Assembly (NCBI GenBank): GCA_049599895.1
Contig: JBMYPC010000014.1
Coordinates: 1-34,688, forward strand
Direction: 5' to 3'
Source of the DNA: Bacteriovoracaceae bacterium
Lineage (GTDB): Bacteria; Bdellovibrionota; Bacteriovoracia; Bacteriovoracales; Bacteriovoracaceae
DNA: 34,688 nt
This document shows, piece by piece, positions 9,128 through 18,423 of the stretch. The position numbers and the translations under genes are program-made. The stretch's first letter is position 1. Every line of letters begins with the position of its first letter. The notes under the pieces are model-generated. The model searched no databases. It was not told the origin of the DNA and was given only the letters and a program-made list of their open reading frames with translations.

Positions 9128-9143
9128 TGGTCACCCCCATGCA
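9128..9143 (+). promoter_or_regulatory. Sigma-54 (-24/-12) promoter P2
   Basis: TGGTCACCCCCATGCA: GG at 9129-30 and GC at 9141-42 (GG-N10-GC). Confidence 0.6.
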
Positions 9144-9185
9144 TAACTCCCCACCATGCATTGAAACTCAAAAAGGGGAGAAAAA

Positions 9186-9269
9186 ATGAAACAAGTTCAA
9201 ATCGCTGCATTCATCGCCGTCTCATTCGGCTTTCCACTGGCCATCATCTCAATCGCTTTTGCCAGCTAA
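9186..9269 (+). CDS. 27-aa hydrophobic small protein MKQVQIAAFIAVSFGFPLAIISIAFAS
   Basis: Not in the ORF track; strong GGGGAG RBS directly upstream; single TM-like helix; first ORF after P2. Confidence 0.7.
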   Translation: MKQVQIAAFIAVSFGFPLAIISIAFAS

Positions 9270-9287
9270 CAATTCGGGGGTTTTGTT

Positions 9288-9527
9288 ATGTCAAAAGCTA
9301 CAAGGTGGCCCAGACTCGATATGGGCCACCATATTTCAAAAAATACCAACAAAGCAAAGTTGAACCTCATCACAGGCGCAGCTTTCGTAAACCTACTACT
9401 CGTGATGAGCCTTTATCTCACGAACGGATTCACTGAGCTTGCAGGCTTTGCTTTTATTGTTTCGATTTCGACGATTCTGATTGTGATTGCGAGGAGGGGG
9501 CTTTGTTTTAGGAGGGTGGTCGCATGA
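9288..9527 (+). CDS. 79-aa small membrane protein (two TM helices); its 3' half is duplicated at 16044
   Basis: GGGGG RBS; hydrophobic segments; the duplicated 3' end keeps the RRGLCF translation. Confidence 0.7.
   Translation: MSKATRWPRLDMGHHISKNTNKAKLNLITGAAFVNLLLVMSLYLTNGFTELAGFAFIVSISTILIVIARRGLCFRRVVA
9398..9499 (+). repeat. 102-bp direct repeat, copy 1 (left border of the halogenase cassette)
   Basis: Identical to 16044-16145 by direct comparison. Confidence 0.97.
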
Positions 9528-9627
9528 AGGTTGTTGGTTTTTTTTACAGGGGTGTAATTAATCCTCCGAGGCAAATAGAGACAAAAGTCATATGTTAAAA
9601 TTAAAATGAAAAAATAGGAGATTAAAC

Positions 9628-11067
9628 TTGAATTTTGATGCAATCGTAATCGGTGGGGGGCCTGCAGGCACAAGTGCAGCAACTTTACTAAAAAAAAATG
9701 GATTGAGAACTCTTTTATTGGAAAAAGAAGTATCAACTCCATATAAAGTTGGAGAGTCATTACTTCCCTCAGCTTTAGCATTTTTTGATATTTTAGGAGT
9801 TCGAGAGAAAGTTGAAAGTCATGGGTTTACCAAGAAGAATGGTGCATTTCTGAGATGGGGAAGAGACCCTGAGCCATGGAGTATAAACTTTGGCGAGTTA
9901 AGTGGAAATGAAACTTATAGCTACCAAGTCGTTCGTTCTGAATTTGATGAACTTTTATTGTCTCATGCAGAATCTGTAGGAGTTGAAGTCATACGGGGCG
10001 CTATGGTTAATGATGTTTCTTTTAGCGACAAAGGCATTAAAGCAATTACTTATGTGCAATCAGGAAGAGAGTATTCGGTAGAGGTGAATTATTTAATCGA
10101 TGCAACGGGGCAAAGAGGTTTATTATCTAATAGATATTTAAACTCCAGAGTACAAAATGAATCATTTCAAAATATTGCGATCTGGTCTTATTGGGAGGAG
10201 TATGAACCACTGCCAGGAGATGCTTCTGGAAATATAATAACAGCGGCATTTCGGGACGGATGGATCTGGGGAATACCTCTCCATGATGGGAGGTTGAGTG
10301 TTGGTGTTGTTCAGCATAAAGACCTATTTATGGAAAAGAGGACAAGGTCATCCATTGAAGAAATTTATGAAACTGCAATAAGTTGTTGTAAGGTCGTTTC
10401 GAGTCGTCTCGTAAATGCTCGTCAATGCGATCGGATTAGAACTGCAAAAGATTATTCTTATAAATCCAATGTTCTGGCAAGAGATAACTATTTTCTTGCT
10501 GGTGATGCTGCTTGTTTTCTAGATCCCGTTTTGTCCTCTGGTGTTCACCTCGCGATGCTGTCTGGAACCTTAGCCGCATGCTCGATAACAGGAATCTTGA
10601 ATAATGTTGTATCCGCCAAAGAGGCCATTGATTTTTATTCTAGTACTTATTCAAGTGCATATCTAAGATTTATGCATTTTTTAAGTGCGTTCTACAATCA
10701 AAACGATGATCAGAATTCATACTTTTGGAAAGCTCAGAGTATAGCTTCTAGTGATTCAATTAACCAGGATTTAAAGTCCGCATTTTTGAATCTCGTAACC
10801 GGTGTTAAAGATCTCGATGAAGTAGAGCTTCACTCTCGAATTAATAAGTTTATGAAAAATAAAGTAAATGAAAACTTAAATTGGAGAAAACAGAAAAAAA
10901 GCCTTAAAAATTTTTCGAATGCTTTGGAAAGAAAAAGACTTAAAGAAAACGAAGACATTTTTAATCTAATTGAAGGCTTTGATCCTAGTAAAATCAAAGA
11001 TGAGCGACTTGGTATTTCTATGAAATTCCTGGATGGTAAACTTTCACTTTTCAAAGGTTTTGCATAA
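9628..11067 (+). CDS. Flavin-dependent halogenase (phenolic/tyrosine type)
   Basis: GGGPAG, KVGESL (catalytic Lys), WIWGIP (WxWxIP) and GDAACFLDPVLSSGVHLA motifs; TTG start after GGAG. Confidence 0.92.
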   Translation: MNFDAIVIGGGPAGTSAATLLKKNGLRTLLLEKEVSTPYKVGESLLPSALAFFDILGVREKVESHGFTKKNGAFLRWGRDPEPWSINFGELSGNETYSYQVVRSEFDELLLSHAESVGVEVIRGAMVNDVSFSDKGIKAITYVQSGREYSVEVNYLIDATGQRGLLSNRYLNSRVQNESFQNIAIWSYWEEYEPLPGDASGNIITAAFRDGWIWGIPLHDGRLSVGVVQHKDLFMEKRTRSSIEEIYETAISCCKVVSSRLVNARQCDRIRTAKDYSYKSNVLARDNYFLAGDAACFLDPVLSSGVHLAMLSGTLAACSITGILNNVVSAKEAIDFYSSTYSSAYLRFMHFLSAFYNQNDDQNSYFWKAQSIASSDSINQDLKSAFLNLVTGVKDLDEVELHSRINKFMKNKVNENLNWRKQKKSLKNFSNALERKRLKENEDIFNLIEGFDPSKIKDERLGISMKFLDGKLSLFKGFA

Positions 11068-11085
11068 TTATTATTTGGAGGAAAT

Positions 11086-11973
11086 ATTAGCAACACGGGA
11101 CACTGGTATGCATTCATAGCCTTTTTTAGCTGGGGGATCTTACCTTTATATTGGAAAAGTATTGATTTTCTAGAAGCAGATGTAATTCTTGCTTATCGTA
11201 TAATTTTGTCTGCCATATCGATGTGCCTTTTTTATTTGTTGATTAAAAAAGGCAGAATGATTTTCGATATCCATCAAGTGTTAAAACATTTCCTTCCCTC
11301 TTTCTTTCTAGCGTCGAATTGGTTGATTTTTATTTATGCTGTGAATGAAGGACATCTTTTGGAGGTTGGATTAGGGTATTATCTCGCTCCAATCCTCAGT
11401 TGTGGAGTTGGGTTATTCCTATTTCATGAAAAAGTTAATTTGTTTAAGGGTCTTGCTATCTTTCTCGCGTGTGTAGGTGTTTTTTACTACTCTTTTTCTA
11501 TTGGTAGATTTCCAACCCTAGCAGTTTCTCTCGCTGTGACTTTTGTCCTTTATGGTGCTTCAAAAAAAATGGTAAAAACAAACCCTACAGAATCTTTGCT
11601 CTATGAATCTCTTGCGCTATTCCCCATTGCTCTTGCTTATGCTTTCCTTAAAGAGAAAAATATCAGTATGGTTGAATTGACATGGTCACAGGAAACCTTA
11701 GTTGCGATATCTGGTATTGTTACAGTTGTTCCTTTGATTTGGTTTTCTAGGGCGGCAAAACTATTGGAGTTCAATGTTCTTGGCTTTTTTCAATATATTG
11801 GGCCGACTACAAATTTTTTCTTAGCTTTATTTGTATTTAAAGAGAATTGCTCATCTGAGAAAATGGTAACTTTCATATTTGTTTGGTCGGCAGTTCTTAT
11901 TTTTATTTTTAGTCACAAACTTTCTTTTAGACTCGATGAATGGCGTAGTAACTTTCTCGAAAAAGTGAGCTGA
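11086..11973 (+). CDS. rarD: RarD-like EamA/DMT transporter (probable ATT start at 11086)
   Basis: The frame upstream of the track start gives ISNTGHWYAFIAFFSWGILPLYWK; NWLIFIYAVN, LGYY and GFFQYIGPT are RarD motifs. Confidence 0.85.
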   Translation: MSNTGHWYAFIAFFSWGILPLYWKSIDFLEADVILAYRIILSAISMCLFYLLIKKGRMIFDIHQVLKHFLPSFFLASNWLIFIYAVNEGHLLEVGLGYYLAPILSCGVGLFLFHEKVNLFKGLAIFLACVGVFYYSFSIGRFPTLAVSLAVTFVLYGASKKMVKTNPTESLLYESLALFPIALAYAFLKEKNISMVELTWSQETLVAISGIVTVVPLIWFSRAAKLLEFNVLGFFQYIGPTTNFFLALFVFKENCSSEKMVTFIFVWSAVLIFIFSHKLSFRLDEWRSNFLEKVS

Positions 11974-11975
11974 CG

Positions 11976-12962
11976 ATGAAAGAATCTGACATTCTAGTAA
12001 AGAAAATTTATGGTTACTATATTACACAATGTATAGGAGTGGCGGCTGAACTGGGTTTAGCTGATATACTTGGAGATAAAACACTTTCCGTTAAAGAGCT
12101 TGCTTCTGAAAGTATTGTAAATGAGGATGCGCTATATAGGATGCTAAGGTTGCTTTGTTCTGAGGATATTTTTGTCGAGGTGAAGGATAGGCATTTTTCA
12201 AATTCAAATATTTCGAAATATCTCAAGAAAGATCATGAAACAAGTTTAAATGGTCTTGCAAGGCTTCATTGTGACAAGCTTTGGTGGAACTCTTGGGGAG
12301 AACTTAGATTTTCGATTAAAGAGAACAAGCCTTCAACAGATTTTGTATTCAAGAAAGGTGCATTTCAGGTTATGAAGGAAAACAAGGAGATAAATGATAT
12401 TTTTAATTTTGCAATGACAAACTTATCTTCTCGTGATGCTCGCGCAGTAACAAAGGTGTTTGATTTTACGAAGTTTAAAAATGTAATTGATATTGGAGGT
12501 GGAGAAGGAGCTTTAATAAATGGAATTAAGAACCAACTAAGTGGGTTTAAGATAGACTTTGCTCTATTTGATCAAGGGCATGTCATAAAAAAAGTAACAT
12601 TAACTGATATTAATCTTGAGTTTGGCGACTTCTTTCAATCAGTACCTAAAGGTTATGACTGCTATATATTGAGACATATCTTGCATGACTGGAGTGATGA
12701 ACGTTGTGAAACAATTCTAAAAAATTGCGTAGAGGGAATGAAGCCAAACTCTACTTTATTGGTGATAGAACTCCTTTTAGAGAAAGGGAAGGAGTCGAGC
12801 ATTGCGAAGTACCGTGATATGAATATGTTGGTATCAATGCATGGAGGGAAGGAAAGATATATTAGCGAATATGAAAAATTGTTTTTGAGTGCAGGAGTAA
12901 AGTTAGTTGAAGTAATACCGCTCCCTGGTCAAATGAACATTCTTGTTGGAAAACGTTTATGA
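11976..12962 (+). CDS. SAM-dependent O-methyltransferase (methyltransf_2 with dimerisation domain)
   Basis: AAELGLAD dimerisation region; DIGGGEG, GDFF, ILHDWSD and GKER motifs. Confidence 0.93.
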   Translation: MKESDILVKKIYGYYITQCIGVAAELGLADILGDKTLSVKELASESIVNEDALYRMLRLLCSEDIFVEVKDRHFSNSNISKYLKKDHETSLNGLARLHCDKLWWNSWGELRFSIKENKPSTDFVFKKGAFQVMKENKEINDIFNFAMTNLSSRDARAVTKVFDFTKFKNVIDIGGGEGALINGIKNQLSGFKIDFALFDQGHVIKKVTLTDINLEFGDFFQSVPKGYDCYILRHILHDWSDERCETILKNCVEGMKPNSTLLVIELLLEKGKESSIAKYRDMNMLVSMHGGKERYISEYEKLFLSAGVKLVEVIPLPGQMNILVGKRL

Positions 12963-14059
12963 GATTAATTATTTATACTTTCCTTATTTTTTCTTGCTTC
13001 ATTAACAGGCTCAACTCCGCAACAATTGGCTATGGATATTCTTATGTGATGACTGATAGACAAGAGTTTGTATATATGGGTTTCCTAATGGGGCTAAAGC
13101 AACATTTAAATCGCCCCTTGGGGGAGAACTCTCTATTTTTAAAAAAGTCTACCGCTAAGAATATGATGAAACCATTTCATATCGCTATGGAACTTCAAAA
13201 AAATGCCGATCCTTTCATCGTTGGGTTCGCAACTAGTCACGAGGCCTTAATGGCAGCGAAAGCCATTAAGGGAAAGAAGAAGATCTTTATTTCAGCAGTT
13301 GCTAAAAGTTCAGAGCTTTCTAAATTTGGAGAAAATGTCTTTAGCATTAATAGTTCAAATGAAGATACAACTCTTGTCGCATTGAATTTAGTTAAAAAGA
13401 AACTAAATCTAAATAATGGAATAATGATTACTAATCCACACAATGCTTTCAGTAGTAACTTGGATTCACTATACCGAAAGGAGCTAAAAGCACTTGAAGG
13501 ATTAAATGTTCAGACACTGTTTACAGATCAAATGGGTAATGTCGATATCAAACAACTTAAATATATTGTGGAGCAAGGGGCTCAGTTTATTATTGTTAAC
13601 ACTTATATCAGGAGAAGTTTTGGTATTTTAGAGGGATTGAGAAAAATCAATAAAAATTTGCCATTAATTACAAATAGTTCATGGGTTATTGATGACATAG
13701 AGGAGGTGAAAAGACTTGTAACAGATAAATCACTCGATATTTATAGCTTTGAAGTTATTGATAGAACAACCAAAGAGTACTCACATCTAAGCAAGTTGGC
13801 TAAGTCTGAATATGGAACAACTCCTGTTCCTCACATGGTATATGGCTATGATTTAGGTGTCGTTGTTGCAGACTTAATTAACCGAACAAAAGGAAAACTT
13901 AGCTATGAAAATATCTTAATGGAAATTAAAAAAAATAGCTGTTTTAAAATGACAAGCTCTGGAGGCTTGTGTCTGCCAAAAGAGGGAGGAAATGCAATTC
14001 GTGAGGTTTTTATCGTAAAATTCTCTAAGGGGAAAGGCTTCATTAAGGTCTCTGAATGA
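12959..14059 (+). CDS. Periplasmic binding protein, LivJ/branched-chain amino acid type; no permease nearby
   Basis: Signal peptide; FIVGFATS, IFIS-A-SSEL-NVFS and YGYD motifs; overlaps the kinase start. Confidence 0.75.
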   Translation: MRLIIYTFLIFSCFINRLNSATIGYGYSYVMTDRQEFVYMGFLMGLKQHLNRPLGENSLFLKKSTAKNMMKPFHIAMELQKNADPFIVGFATSHEALMAAKAIKGKKKIFISAVAKSSELSKFGENVFSINSSNEDTTLVALNLVKKKLNLNNGIMITNPHNAFSSNLDSLYRKELKALEGLNVQTLFTDQMGNVDIKQLKYIVEQGAQFIIVNTYIRRSFGILEGLRKINKNLPLITNSSWVIDDIEEVKRLVTDKSLDIYSFEVIDRTTKEYSHLSKLAKSEYGTTPVPHMVYGYDLGVVVADLINRTKGKLSYENILMEIKKNSCFKMTSSGGLCLPKEGGNAIREVFIVKFSKGKGFIKVSE

Positions 14060-16026
14060 AATCTAGAAGCATTCTGAAAAAGATTCTTGTTTTACAGTAT
14101 TCTACAATGTTTGTAATTGCAACAATCGCCTTTCTTTTAAACTTGTTCGCATTAACAAAAAGATCTGAGGGGCAAATCAAAACAGTTCTTTTAGAATTAA
14201 AGGAGTCAATCTCTGTTAAGAAAGAAGAACTTCAGTCGTATGATTTACTTGGGTTGAACGATGCGATTTTGATGACAATTAAAGAGATCGAGCTTCAGGG
14301 GAATAGTAGCCCTTTAATGGTTTTGTCTAAAGAGGAGATAAAGCAAGGGGAACATGTTGTGCTTGAATTAAGTCAAAATAAAGTTATTGCGACTGATTTA
14401 TCTAACCTGGAGTTCTCTGTTTGGGGATATTTAACCAATGAATTAACTGTAATTATTTTCGCAACAACCTTAGTGTTTTTTATTATTAGTGCTTTTACTT
14501 ACAGAATCTTAAAGAAAGACATACTGAATCCAATAAAAGAAGCTATAAAACTGATGCATGTTGCACAGTTCTCTGGACTGGATAAAGTTACTGCTCATGG
14601 AGAGATTCGTTTTCTTCTTGATAATATTAAAAATTATCACCGCTCAGCCTTGGCAAAAGAAAGTGAGAAGCAAATGTTCGACATGGCAAAGAAGGTTGCC
14701 CATGATATTCGTTCACCTGCTGCAGTTCTCGATATTGCTGTAGCTGAAACGAGTGGTATAGACCCTGCCCAAAAAAGAGTTTTGAGAGAGTCTGTTTTAC
14801 GAATACAAGATATTGCAAATAATTTACTAGAGAATAATCGTAAGTTCGAAAGCAACAACATCAATGAAGCAATTCTTGTTCTGCCACTAATTAACAAAAT
14901 TATTAGTGAAAAACGGTTACAGTTTAGAAGTAATTCAAACGTGAATATTCATGTTCTTGTTAAGAAGAACTCATACTTTGCTCATGCAGAGATAAATCCC
15001 AATGAGCTTAAGCGTGTCATATCTAACATTGTTAACAATTCTGTTGAAGCCATAGGAAAAGATTTAGGAGAAGTCTGTATCTGTCTTGAACAGACTGAGA
15101 AACAAGTTAAAGTTCAAGTGATTGACAATGGTCCAGGAATTCATCGTTCAGTTGTAGAGGCTGTAAATCACAAAAAACCCATTAGTTATGGAAAGTCAAA
15201 TGGAAATGGACTTGGCCTATTATCCGCCAAATCGTTTGTTGAGCATATGGGTGGAAGTTTTAATTTAAACTTAAATTCAGAGGGAGGAACGACAGTTGAA
15301 ATGGTATTCCTTAGAGGTAGACCTCCATTGGGTTATGTCTCGTCTTTAAAAATTGCTCAAGATTATTGCCTTGTCTTTTTGGATGATGAAAAATCGATTC
15401 ATGAGATGTGGAAAGAAAAGTTTAAAAATATAAAAAACAAAAAAATTCACATATATAGCTCTTCTGAGCTTAGGTCCTTCGTAAAGGATTATAAAGGAAA
15501 GTTCATATTATTTAGCGATTTTGATTTAAATTCCGAATGTAATGAGTCTGGCCTTGATTTAATCTCAGAATTAGAATTAGAGAATGATTCAATTTTAGTA
15601 ACGTCATACTATGATGATCCCGAGATTCGTGAGCGATCGAGGAATGCAGGAGTTTCTATTGTTCCTAAAGCACTTGCTTTGCATCTGCCAATTGAAACAC
15701 AAAATGACCTTAAAACTGTTGTTCATATTGACGATGATCTACTGGTCAGAAACATATGGAAGGCAGGACTAGAAAAGAAAGGTATTAAATATGTCTCCTT
15801 TGACTCACCAAATGAGTTATTAGGTAGTTTACAGAGTTTGTCAAAGGATTGGAGTTTTTATATCGATTATGACTTGTCTAGTGAGATAAGTGGTGTGGAG
15901 TTGTCAGAGGTTCTTTTTAGCAAAGGTTTTAAGAATCTTTATCTCTCAACCGGCTTTGAAGCCTCGGAGTTTCATAATGTTTCTTATCTTAAGGGGGTTG
16001 TTGGAAAAGAATTACCTGTGCACTAA
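14056..16026 (+). CDS. Hybrid sensor histidine kinase A (TM-HisKA-HATPase-REC-REC)
   Basis: KVAHDIRSP, SNIVNNSVEA, DNGPGI and GNGLGL motifs; two receiver domains (LDDE..SDF..TS..K; IDDD..ID..STG..K). Confidence 0.93.
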   Translation: MKSRSILKKILVLQYSTMFVIATIAFLLNLFALTKRSEGQIKTVLLELKESISVKKEELQSYDLLGLNDAILMTIKEIELQGNSSPLMVLSKEEIKQGEHVVLELSQNKVIATDLSNLEFSVWGYLTNELTVIIFATTLVFFIISAFTYRILKKDILNPIKEAIKLMHVAQFSGLDKVTAHGEIRFLLDNIKNYHRSALAKESEKQMFDMAKKVAHDIRSPAAVLDIAVAETSGIDPAQKRVLRESVLRIQDIANNLLENNRKFESNNINEAILVLPLINKIISEKRLQFRSNSNVNIHVLVKKNSYFAHAEINPNELKRVISNIVNNSVEAIGKDLGEVCICLEQTEKQVKVQVIDNGPGIHRSVVEAVNHKKPISYGKSNGNGLGLLSAKSFVEHMGGSFNLNLNSEGGTTVEMVFLRGRPPLGYVSSLKIAQDYCLVFLDDEKSIHEMWKEKFKNIKNKKIHIYSSSELRSFVKDYKGKFILFSDFDLNSECNESGLDLISELELENDSILVTSYYDDPEIRERSRNAGVSIVPKALALHLPIETQNDLKTVVHIDDDLLVRNIWKAGLEKKGIKYVSFDSPNELLGSLQSLSKDWSFYIDYDLSSEISGVELSEVLFSKGFKNLYLSTGFEASEFHNVSYLKGVVGKELPVH

Positions 16027-16043
16027 CGACTTAGATAATTGAA

Positions 16044-16145
16044 ACTCGTGATGAGCCTTTATCTCACGAACGGATTCACTGAGCTTGCAGGCTTTGCTTT
16101 TATTGTTTCGATTTCGACGATTCTGATTGTGATTGCGAGGAGGGG
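16044..16145 (+). repeat. 102-bp direct repeat, copy 2 (orphan 3' end of the 79-aa gene; right border of the cassette)
   Basis: Identical to 9398-9499; starts 17 nt after the kinase stop; the frame continues RRGLCFKGCFLSC-stop. Confidence 0.97.
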
Positions 16146-16189
16146 ATTGTGTTTTAAGGGATGTTTTCTTTCGTGTTAAGATTAGAGTT

Positions 16190-16795
16190 ATGAAGATATT
16201 AAATATCCTAGAAACAACTTTAGAGGCTGAAGGGGAAACCTACTTCTTTAGAAAGGGCAAAAGAGAAGATATTCCAAAAGCTACGGAATGCATAAATCTT
16301 GCATACGATATGTGGCTCGAAGATGGCTTCAAGCAAAGAGATAAGACAGAGGATGAAGTCTCAAAATATTTTCAGAAAGATGGATACATTTTAGAGAACA
16401 AGGACCATGAAATCATTTCTGTTGGATGCGTCAGTAAAGTGTATCCCATTTTTGAAGACAAAAAGATTACTCTTCAATGTTCTCACCAATGTTACTCGGC
16501 TGGCCTTAACGAACTTGGAGAAAAACTATCTCTGCAAAGTGATACCTCAGGACTTTTCTTTTATGGGCTTGCGGTCTTACCAAAGTATGCGAAAAAAGGA
16601 ATTGGAGAAGTTTTTTTGCGAAAAGGTTTCGATGTTGCTAGAGAAATGAAAGTTTCTTTTTGTTATCTTGAAACTGGTCTTGAGACTTGGTTGGTGGATT
16701 GGTATCGACGCTTTGGGTTTGAAGTAGTTGGGAGCGAGAGAGTTGAGGGGATTGGGAAGAGTACGGTTGTGATGGTTCAGAAATTTGAAAATTAA
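16190..16795 (+). CDS. GNAT family N-acetyltransferase
   Basis: LAVLPKYAKKGIG (motif A) and LVDWYRRFGFE; the track start at 16133 lies inside the repeat, so ATG 16190 is preferred. Confidence 0.88.
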   Translation: MKILNILETTLEAEGETYFFRKGKREDIPKATECINLAYDMWLEDGFKQRDKTEDEVSKYFQKDGYILENKDHEIISVGCVSKVYPIFEDKKITLQCSHQCYSAGLNELGEKLSLQSDTSGLFFYGLAVLPKYAKKGIGEVFLRKGFDVAREMKVSFCYLETGLETWLVDWYRRFGFEVVGSERVEGIGKSTVVMVQKFEN

Positions 16796-16816
16796 CCTAC
16801 TGATAGAGAGTTACAT

Positions 16817-17134
16817 ATGGAAAGCATAATTAGTATTTACAGAATTAAAAACAGTGGAAAGAAGCATGTTGAGGATTTAGTCCAAACTCTAACAGAAAGG
16901 TTTGAGGATTCTTTAGAAACATTGGATGAAGCTGGAGTAAAAATTGAAAGCATTTTCATAAAAAATGATCGATTATATACCTACAAACTTGTTAGAAATA
17001 TAGAAGAGATGAGGAAAATTCAAAAGAGCTCAAATAAAGCAATTCATTCAATCATTAGGCCAATTGTTCAAGAATATCTAGAGTTTGAAGAAGAGATAAT
17101 TGCAGAAATAAACTTTATTGTTTCTTCTTTATAA
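16817..17134 (+). CDS. Small hypothetical protein (DUF6176-like, dimeric alpha/beta barrel)
   Basis: ETL-EAGVKIESIF pattern; 105 aa; GAGAG RBS. Confidence 0.6.
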   Translation: MESIISIYRIKNSGKKHVEDLVQTLTERFEDSLETLDEAGVKIESIFIKNDRLYTYKLVRNIEEMRKIQKSSNKAIHSIIRPIVQEYLEFEEEIIAEINFIVSSL

Positions 17135-18410
17135 CCCCAGGATAATACTTCTCAAAGAAAACAGAAGTCTCTTTAGGATCAGCTCTTAAGAATGTCTTTA
17201 TATGTGGAATCAAAAGAAGTCCTGGAACAAGTAACAGAACCCCTGTGCCCATCATTTGTAAGGTGACTTTGGTATTATAAGATTCAATTATCAATCCAGC
17301 CAAAGCAATTCCAATAGGTTTTATACCTCTTGTAAAAAACTGCAAACTCGAAAAAATTCTAGAACGATAATGATCTGGAATTGATAGTGCCATTTGAGTT
17401 TTTATAGGAATATTTGTAATCGAGCATCCAATACCGAAGATTAATAAGAGAAATGGTAAAATATAAGAGTTCGATATCAAGGAAAAGAGAATAAATGATG
17501 ATGAGATAAGGAGTGTACCAAGTATTAATACTCCGTCAGCTTTAATTTTACGACAAAGGTATCCAATAAATAACCCGCCCAGAATTGCACCGATTCCTTG
17601 GCCAGCCTGTGTAAGCCCATATACCCAAGAATCATGATTAAGGTCAGACTTTATTAAAACAGGGAGAACTATAACGAGTGGCGAGATAGAAAAATTAATA
17701 AACATCGCAACTAAACTTAACCCAAATAGAGTCGGAAGTTTAAAGAGAACTCTCAGTCCATCAATAATTTCTTCTGCGAATGAGGAAATTTTAAAACTTT
17801 TCAAGACAGGCTTCTTAGACGCACTAGAGGTTGTCTTGACTTTCATAAAAGCAGCTAAGAGAGATGCAATAAAAAATGTTGATGCATCTAAAATAAAAGC
17901 CTCTCCGACACCAAGAAAGGCAACAATTAAACCCCCTGTAGCGCTTCCAATGATTGCTCCTAGGGAAGTGATAATTTGAGAGTGTCTCATTGCGTGAAAA
18001 AGATGTTTATCTGCAACTAATTGAGGAACAATGCTATTTTCAATACTAAGGAATAAAGCTGAGCCAATGCCATACAAAATAAAGATAATTATCACCAGCG
18101 GTAGATAGAAGATGTCCATAAAGACCATTATGCTAATAATAACAATGAGTGATCCTCTCCATATGTCACTAATAATGGCAATCCCTTTACGTGAAAACCG
18201 ATCACCTAATGGTCCAAGAATGGGTAAGAGAGCGTAATTGAAAAATGACAAAGGTGCAATAATAGAAGACATAACTGTCGCGGAACCTGTTTTCTCTAAA
18301 ATCCACCAGGCAATAGCAATTGTGTTTATGGAATCGCCGGCTCCTGAAATGAACTGACCAATTCTAAAAAGCCAGAAGCTTTTTCCAAGGGTTTTGATTT
18401 GGTTTAGCAT
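17115..18410 (-). CDS. MFS transporter (EntS/macrolide-efflux-like, about 12 TM)
   Basis: GQFISGAGD, GPLGDRFSRK and IPDHYRSRIFS motifs; ATG 18410 avoids overlap with the kinase (track start 18452). Confidence 0.9.
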   Translation of the reverse strand: MLNQIKTLGKSFWLFRIGQFISGAGDSINTIAIAWWILEKTGSATVMSSIIAPLSFFNYALLPILGPLGDRFSRKGIAIISDIWRGSLIVIISIMVFMDIFYLPLVIIIFILYGIGSALFLSIENSIVPQLVADKHLFHAMRHSQIITSLGAIIGSATGGLIVAFLGVGEAFILDASTFFIASLLAAFMKVKTTSSASKKPVLKSFKISSFAEEIIDGLRVLFKLPTLFGLSLVAMFINFSISPLVIVLPVLIKSDLNHDSWVYGLTQAGQGIGAILGGLFIGYLCRKIKADGVLILGTLLISSSFILFSLISNSYILPFLLLIFGIGCSITNIPIKTQMALSIPDHYRSRIFSSLQFFTRGIKPIGIALAGLIIESYNTKVTLQMMGTGVLLLVPGLLLIPHIKTFLRADPKETSVFFEKYYPGVIKKKQ

Positions 18411-18423
18411 AACTAAGGCCTTT

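Noticed and set aside
9062..9436. 124-aa ORF (and the antisense 122-aa ORF at 9413..9781)
   Set aside because: Overlaps promoter P2 and two better-supported small ORFs; composition is not protein-like.
9398..16145. Cassette A as an integrase-driven island, prophage or composite transposon
   Set aside because: No integrase, transposase, tRNA target or terminal inverted repeats seen.
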